The notes beneath the pieces are model-generated. The model was not told the DNA's origin. It searched no databases and saw only the letters and a list, made by a program, of their open reading frames with translations. From positions 1 to 23,496 of the forward strand of contig JAYVCD010000267.1 in NCBI GenBank assembly GCA_043750125.1: 23,496 nucleotides of DNA, given 5' to 3'. The DNA comes from Archangiaceae bacterium (GTDB taxonomy: Bacteria; Myxococcota; Myxococcia; Myxococcales; Myxococcaceae). Positions within the stretch are counted from its first letter, which is position 1. Each line of letters opens with the position of its first letter. Positions 17,705-23,496 of the stretch are shown here, one piece after another. The position numbers and the translations under genes were made by a program.

Positions 17705-18526
17705 ATGGAAAGCAAAGTGGTGGTCATCACCGGAGCGAGCTCAGGCATCGGCGCGGCCCTCGCGAGGCAACTGGGCAAAGAAGGGCACCGGCTGGTTCTG
17801 GCCGCGCGACGCGAGGGGCCTTTGAATGCAGTGGCGGCTGCGAGCGGGCAGGCGAAGGCGCTCGTCACCGACGTGACGGTGCGGGCGGACGTAGAGCAGC
17901 TGCGGGTCGAAGCGATCAAAGCCTTCGGGCAGATTGACGTCTGGGTGAACAACGCCGGGCGGGGCATCGGCAAGCGGGTCCTCGAGCTGAGCGACGATGA
18001 CTTCGATCAGATGATGTCGGTCAACGTGAAGTCCGCGCTGTATGGGATTCAGGCGGTGGTCCCCCACTTTCTGCATCGGGGGGAAGGGCACCTGATCAAC
18101 GTCTCGTCGTTCCTCGGGCGGGTGCCGCTGGCCAGCTACCGGTCGGCGTACAACGCGGCGAAGGCGGCGCTCAACTCGCTGACCGCGAACCTGCGCATGG
18201 ATCTCGCGGCGAGCCACCCCAATGTGCACGTGTCGATCGTGATGCCCGGGCCGGTCTCGACCGAATTTTCCGGCTCGTCGCTGCATGGAACGCCGCAGCT
18301 GTCGCCCGCGCGAATGGTGGCTTCGCAGACGGCCGAAGAGGTGGCCGAGGTGATCGCCGGTTTGATCGAACAGCCGAGACCTGAGGTGTTCACCTCGCCG
18401 ACGCTGAAGTCGATGGCGAAGAAGTACTACGAGGACATTCCGGGTTTCGAGGCGGGAATGGGGGCGTCGTCACTGAGCGCTCCGGATCTCGCCGGGCTGG
18501 CCGAACGAATGAAGAATCGGCAGTAG
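17705..18526 (+). CDS. Classical SDR oxidoreductase
   Basis: ITGASSGIG, VNNAG, NVSS and YNAAK (YxxxK); likely ATG 17705. Confidence 0.88.
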   Translation: MESKVVVITGASSGIGAALARQLGKEGHRLVLAARREGPLNAVAAASGQAKALVTDVTVRADVEQLRVEAIKAFGQIDVWVNNAGRGIGKRVLELSDDDFDQMMSVNVKSALYGIQAVVPHFLHRGEGHLINVSSFLGRVPLASYRSAYNAAKAALNSLTANLRMDLAASHPNVHVSIVMPGPVSTEFSGSSLHGTPQLSPARMVASQTAEEVAEVIAGLIEQPRPEVFTSPTLKSMAKKYYEDIPGFEAGMGASSLSAPDLAGLAERMKNRQ

Positions 18527-18579
18527 CCGCGCGAAGGTCAGCCCCTGCTGCTGTGGTGCGCGGGTCCAGGGGGGGACTG

Positions 18580-19548
18580 ATGAAAATCGACGAAGGGGTC
18601 AGGCGGAAGGCGAAGCGGCAGTACGGGCTCATCAGTCGAGCTCAAGCGGTGGAACTCGGCTGCTCGTCGTCGGCGATCGACCGACGGCTGGGGTCGGGCG
18701 AGTGGGAGAAGATTTTCCCGAACGTGTATCGACTGGCGGGAGTGCCCGATTCTGCGCACCAGCGCGCGTTCGGCGCCTGCCTGGCGTTGGGCTCCAGCGC
18801 GGTGGCTTCGCACTCGACAGCGGCGTTTCTGTGGGGGCTGGACGGAACGGGAGCGCGCTTTCCAGAGCCGATTGAAGTGTCGGCGTCGCGAACGGTGAGG
18901 CGGAAGCTCGAAGGGGTGGTGGTTCACTACCCGAGGGACCTGGCGGCGGCGGGCAGGTCGCGTCGGCTGGAAATCCCGACGACGCACCTGGCGAGGACAT
19001 TGGTGGATCTGGCGGCGCAGGGGGACGCGCGGCACGTCGAGCGGGCCTTTGATTCGGCGTGGCGCCTGCGACCGGGCCTTCCTCAGTGGATGGCGAAGTA
19101 CGTGGCCGAGGTGGGAGCCCGAGGGAGGTCTGGGGTTCATCTGTTGCTGGCGATCGCACGCCGCAGGCAGGCGCGGCCGACGGACAGCGCGCACGAGGCC
19201 GACGTGTTGAGCAAGATTCGGCAGGCGCGGCTACCGGGGCCGACGTTGCAGCACGAAATCAGTGACGAACAAGGCTTCGTGGCGCGGGTCGACTTCGCGT
19301 GGGTAGCGCAGCGGGTGGTCCTGTTTGCCGACGGCTGGGGTCACCACCAGGGGCGGGAGTCGTTCGATCACGATCATGAACAGCGCGAGAGGTTGGCGGC
19401 GTGTGGCTGGACGTCGGTCGAGGTGTCGCCGCGCCTGGTGGAGGGCGGAAGCTGGTTGGCGGCGCTGACTCGGCATCTGAAGTCGAAGGGGGACGCGCCG
19501 AAAGCGAACCGCCCGGAAGTCCACGAAGCCCAGCGTTGCGGGCATTGA
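18580..19548 (+). CDS. AbiEi-like wHTH domain + DUF559/Vsr-like endonuclease domain protein
   Basis: N-terminal AKRQYGLISRAQAVELG...WEKIFPNVY; middle ASHSTAAFLWGL and ARTLVDLA; C-terminal QHEI...FVARVDFAW...VLFADGWGHH...L...GW. ATG 18580 follows AGGGGGGG. Confidence 0.82.
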   Translation: MKIDEGVRRKAKRQYGLISRAQAVELGCSSSAIDRRLGSGEWEKIFPNVYRLAGVPDSAHQRAFGACLALGSSAVASHSTAAFLWGLDGTGARFPEPIEVSASRTVRRKLEGVVVHYPRDLAAAGRSRRLEIPTTHLARTLVDLAAQGDARHVERAFDSAWRLRPGLPQWMAKYVAEVGARGRSGVHLLLAIARRRQARPTDSAHEADVLSKIRQARLPGPTLQHEISDEQGFVARVDFAWVAQRVVLFADGWGHHQGRESFDHDHEQRERLAACGWTSVEVSPRLVEGGSWLAALTRHLKSKGDAPKANRPEVHEAQRCGH

Positions 19549-19708
19549 ACGGGGAAAGAACTGCGCACTGGTGAGAGTTGCCCCCAGTGGTGCGGGATAC
19601 CACCGGGGCGCGACGCTAAACGACACCAGTGGGGGTAACTCTCACCAGAACCCAGGAAAAGCCCTGTTCCCGCCAATGCCCAGGGGACAACAGAACCTTC
19701 GGCGACGC
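19535..19708. repeat. Structured palindromic repeat element, copy A
   Basis: 25-bp inverted repeat 19568-19592/19624-19648 (23/25 Watson-Crick) with 31-nt loop; outer arms GGGCATTG 19540-19547 and CAATGCCC 19674-19681; colinear homology with 22912-23167. Confidence 0.85.
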
Positions 19709-19796
19709 CTGTCCCAAGCTTCGCCGCGCGGCCAGACAAAAAGGTGACGACGCCCGCACCGAGTCGCACCCCGCCGTGGCCTGAAGCTCAGACGCG

Positions 19797-21293
<1,497 letters not shown>

Positions 21294-21333
21294 GGGCCGG
21301 GACATTACTCCTGCGGGTGTACGCTGCGCGTCC

Positions 21334-21666
21334 ATGAGCAATCCGGCGACGGGCGATGTGACGTTCGATACCGAAGTGGTGAAGCTGCTGCTGCAGGTCG
21401 CGTGGGCGGACGACGAAGTCAGCGCGCGCGAGCGAGCGATGATCTTCGGCCTGGCGCGCAGCTGGTTCGTGCCCGAGCCCGAGCTCAAAGTGTTGCTGCA
21501 GCGATTGGATCAAGGACAGCCGCTGCCGCAGCCGAACCTGAAGCTGCTGCGCACCCGCGTCGATGACGTGATGGAAGCGGTGCGGGGCGTGGTGCTCAGC
21601 GACGGCAAGGTCGCGGAGGAAGAGTCCGCGATGATTCAGCAGATTCTCGAGCTGCTCAAAGGCTGA
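21334..21666 (+). CDS. TerB-family protein
   Basis: Two TerB-type acidic motifs, VAWADDEVSARE and VLSDGKVAEEE; ATG 21334. Confidence 0.8.
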   Translation: MSNPATGDVTFDTEVVKLLLQVAWADDEVSARERAMIFGLARSWFVPEPELKVLLQRLDQGQPLPQPNLKLLRTRVDDVMEAVRGVVLSDGKVAEEESAMIQQILELLKG

Positions 21667-21668
21667 TT

Positions 21669-22679
21669 TTAGCTGCGCAGGACGGTCGCGAGGCCGAAGT
21701 GGGGGAACAGCTTCGGCTCGAGGAATGAGGTGATTTCGACGACCCGTCCTCCGACGCACTCGACGACCTGCAGCGCGTTGGGGCGGAACTCGCCGCCGGC
21801 CGAGTCTTTCTTGTAGATCGCAAAAGCGCCCTGGCCATTGGCGCGAATGGGCAGTGCTTTGTAGAGCCCCCTGGCCGCGGGGGTGAGGGCCACGGTGCCG
21901 AGGGCAGAGCCGATCGATTGGGCGCCTTTGAACCAGGCTTCGAAGGGCGGCATCGACATCACCGCGTCCTCGTGGAGCAGGGGAACCAGCGCGGGGACAT
22001 CGGTGCTTTCCCAGGCCTGCTGGTAGCGGGCGAGCAGCGCCTGGGTCGCTTCGTCTTCCATCGCGGCCGCCCGTTCTTTGCGCGACTTGTCGCCGCGGGA
22101 CAGGGTCTCTCTCGCGCGCTGAAGGGCGCTGGTGACGGCGGGCAAGGCCAGCTGCAGCAGGTCGGCGCAGTCCGCTGCGGCCCAACCGAGGACGTCTCTG
22201 AGAATGACTCCGGCGCGCTGCTTCGCCGGCAGTTGCTGAAGTGCGGCGAGGAACGACAGCGCGACGGATTCCCGAGCGGTGTACCGGGCGTCAGGCGAGC
22301 GGGCCGCCTCGACGAGGATGTCTTCCGGAGCGGGCTCGACCCACAGCGCCTCGGCGCGCGGGGTCAAGGGAGTTCCAGGCTCGGTGGGGCGGCCGAAGCC
22401 GACCGGCAGGGCGCGGGTCTTTCGTGAGTCGACGGCATCGAGACACGCCGAGGTCGTCACCTTGTAAAGCCAGACGCGCACGCTGGGCCCTTCGAAGGCA
22501 TTGATGCTCCGCCAGGCCTTGGCGAGGCTTCCCTGAAGCAGGTCTTCGGCGTCGCGAATCGAGCCCGACATCCGGTAGCAATGGGCCTTCAACTCACGAC
22601 GGTAAGGCTCGACCAGACGGTCGAATGCTGAGCGATCTCCAGCTCGTGCAGCCGCCACGCTTTCGGTTTCGGGAATCAT
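21669..22679 (-). CDS. ECF sigma-70 factor with C-terminal SnoaL-like domain (SigG/ECF56-like)
   Basis: Start MIPETE (22679). HCYRMSGSIRDAEDLLQ and WLYKVTT (sigma2); RESVALSFLAALQQLPAKQRAGVILRDVLGW (sigma4); LLHEDAVMSMPP and ANGQGAFAIY (SnoaL-like). Confidence 0.9.
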   Translation of the reverse strand: MIPETESVAAARAGDRSAFDRLVEPYRRELKAHCYRMSGSIRDAEDLLQGSLAKAWRSINAFEGPSVRVWLYKVTTSACLDAVDSRKTRALPVGFGRPTEPGTPLTPRAEALWVEPAPEDILVEAARSPDARYTARESVALSFLAALQQLPAKQRAGVILRDVLGWAAADCADLLQLALPAVTSALQRARETLSRGDKSRKERAAAMEDEATQALLARYQQAWESTDVPALVPLLHEDAVMSMPPFEAWFKGAQSIGSALGTVALTPAARGLYKALPIRANGQGAFAIYKKDSAGGEFRPNALQVVECVGGRVVEITSFLEPKLFPHFGLATVLRS

Positions 22680-22911
22680 TCGCGCACCTTTACCCCAAAA
22701 CTCAAACCCGGTCGGCCGCAGCCTTCGGTCGTCTCGCGTCGAGGATTCAGTAAACGGCTGCCGGCATCGGCGCCCCCCTTCCGGCTTTTCGCTGGTGGCC
22801 GCTGCTGGATCCAGGGGGGAAGTCCACCCGCATGCGGCATGGGACGCCCCCTTTCCCCCCTCGAAGGACGCAGCGCGGCTCGGCAGCAGGGGTAAGACGC
22901 CCTCGGTCGGA

Positions 22912-23167
22912 GTTGCGGGCACTGACGGGTTGGTAGGACCTTGGAATACGCCCTTTCGGGGCTGCGGCGGCGCGAACTGGTGAGAACTACCCCCAGTGGT
23001 GTGGATTACCACTGCATTTCGACGGTGGCTGACACCACCGGGGGTGGTTCTCACCAGTGAGGGAAGAGAAGGCAGCCTGAAGCGCACGCAGACCGAGGCT
23101 GAGGCACCCAGAGGGGACAGCCCTTTTTCCGCCAATGCCCAACGAAGATCCAAAAATTCGCCGACGC
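22912..23167. repeat. Structured palindromic repeat element, copy B (no adjacent nuclease gene)
   Basis: 27-bp inverted repeat 22976-23002/23032-23058 (25/27 Watson-Crick); same 81-nt core as copy A; shared flanking blocks at 22912-22929, 23119-23141 and 23157-23167. Confidence 0.85.
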
Positions 23168-23191
23168 TCGGCTTCGGCAGGAAACCTGGCT

Positions 23192-23496
23192 CTACGGCAG
23201 GTTCGACTTCAGGTCTTTGAGCACGCGCCTGCCCTCGACGAAGCCGTCCCACTTCGGGTCAACGCCTTTCCTCTTCGCAGTCGCAAGCCAGCGGGTGAGG
23301 GCGGGAATCAGCTGGGTCGAACCCGACACGGCGCAGGCCTCGAGCAGCAGGTCCCAATGGGCGACGCGGGGGGCCACGAGCAGGCGTTCGAGCACGGCGG
23401 CGGCGCGGGGGTCGGCACATTTGGCGAGCACGGCGAGGCCAATCTCGTCGTCCCACGAGCGACCGAGGTCGTCTTTCGCCGCCGCGCAGCGATCGA
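23192..23496 (-). CDS. C-terminal fragment of a hypothetical helical (HEAT-like?) protein, truncated by window edge
   Basis: Frame stays open to the window end (DRCAAAKDDLGRSWDDEIGLAVLAKCADPRAAAVLERLL...GSTQLIPALTRW); DPRA..L and ..LIPAL resemble HEAT repeats. Confidence 0.55.
   Translation of the reverse strand, partial: DRCAAAKDDLGRSWDDEIGLAVLAKCADPRAAAVLERLLVAPRVAHWDLLLEACAVSGSTQLIPALTRWLATAKRKGVDPKWDGFVEGRRVLKDLKSNLP

Noticed and set aside
17705-18526. This SDR as the missing FabG of the fatty-acid cluster
   Set aside because: Separated by unrelated genes and lacks FabG hallmarks (NNAGITRD, GQ.NY.ASK); looks like a generic SDR.
19568-19648. Simple bidirectional rho-independent terminator as the full explanation
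   Set aside because: A 25-bp stem, 31-nt loop, no U-tract, and extended homology to a second copy between co-oriented genes go beyond a terminator, though it may also affect termination.
22520-22560. ECF sigma2 motif DAEDLLQG (Gly for usual Glu) as a sign of pseudogenisation
   Set aside because: Single substitution in an otherwise intact 336-aa ORF; not enough evidence.

Overview
GC-rich bacterial window; gene content and DAG/DGG-type protein linkers suggest Myxococcota, which is an inference. It contains, in order: (1) the 3' part of an alternative complex III operon (actB-C-D-E-F), whose ActE lipoprotein carries a second cytochrome c domain; (2) a MepA-like endopeptidase with LysM; (3) a decayed small-protein/nucleotidyltransferase pair; (4) a tightly coupled 9-gene type II fatty-acid cluster (acyltransferase, FabD, FabL-like enoyl reductase, FabH, FabA, FabZ-like, FabF-like, atypical ACP, PPTase; no FabG) running into mltG; (5) a vapBC-type TA pair with promoter and operator palindrome; (6) an orphan PhnD-like binding protein, a hypothetical protein and an SDR; (7) an AbiEi-like/DUF559 (Vsr-like) nuclease gene; (8) a DUF362 Fe-S protein, TerB-like protein, SnoaL-extended ECF sigma factor and a truncated CDS. 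The most novel-looking signal is a structured non-coding element present twice (19535-19708 and 22912-23167). It has nested inverted repeats with compensatory base changes, and one copy overlaps the stop codon of the DUF559 nuclease gene. The second strongest candidate is the apparently orthogonal FAS II/acyltransferase cluster. Family assignments come from motif recognition only; no searches were run.
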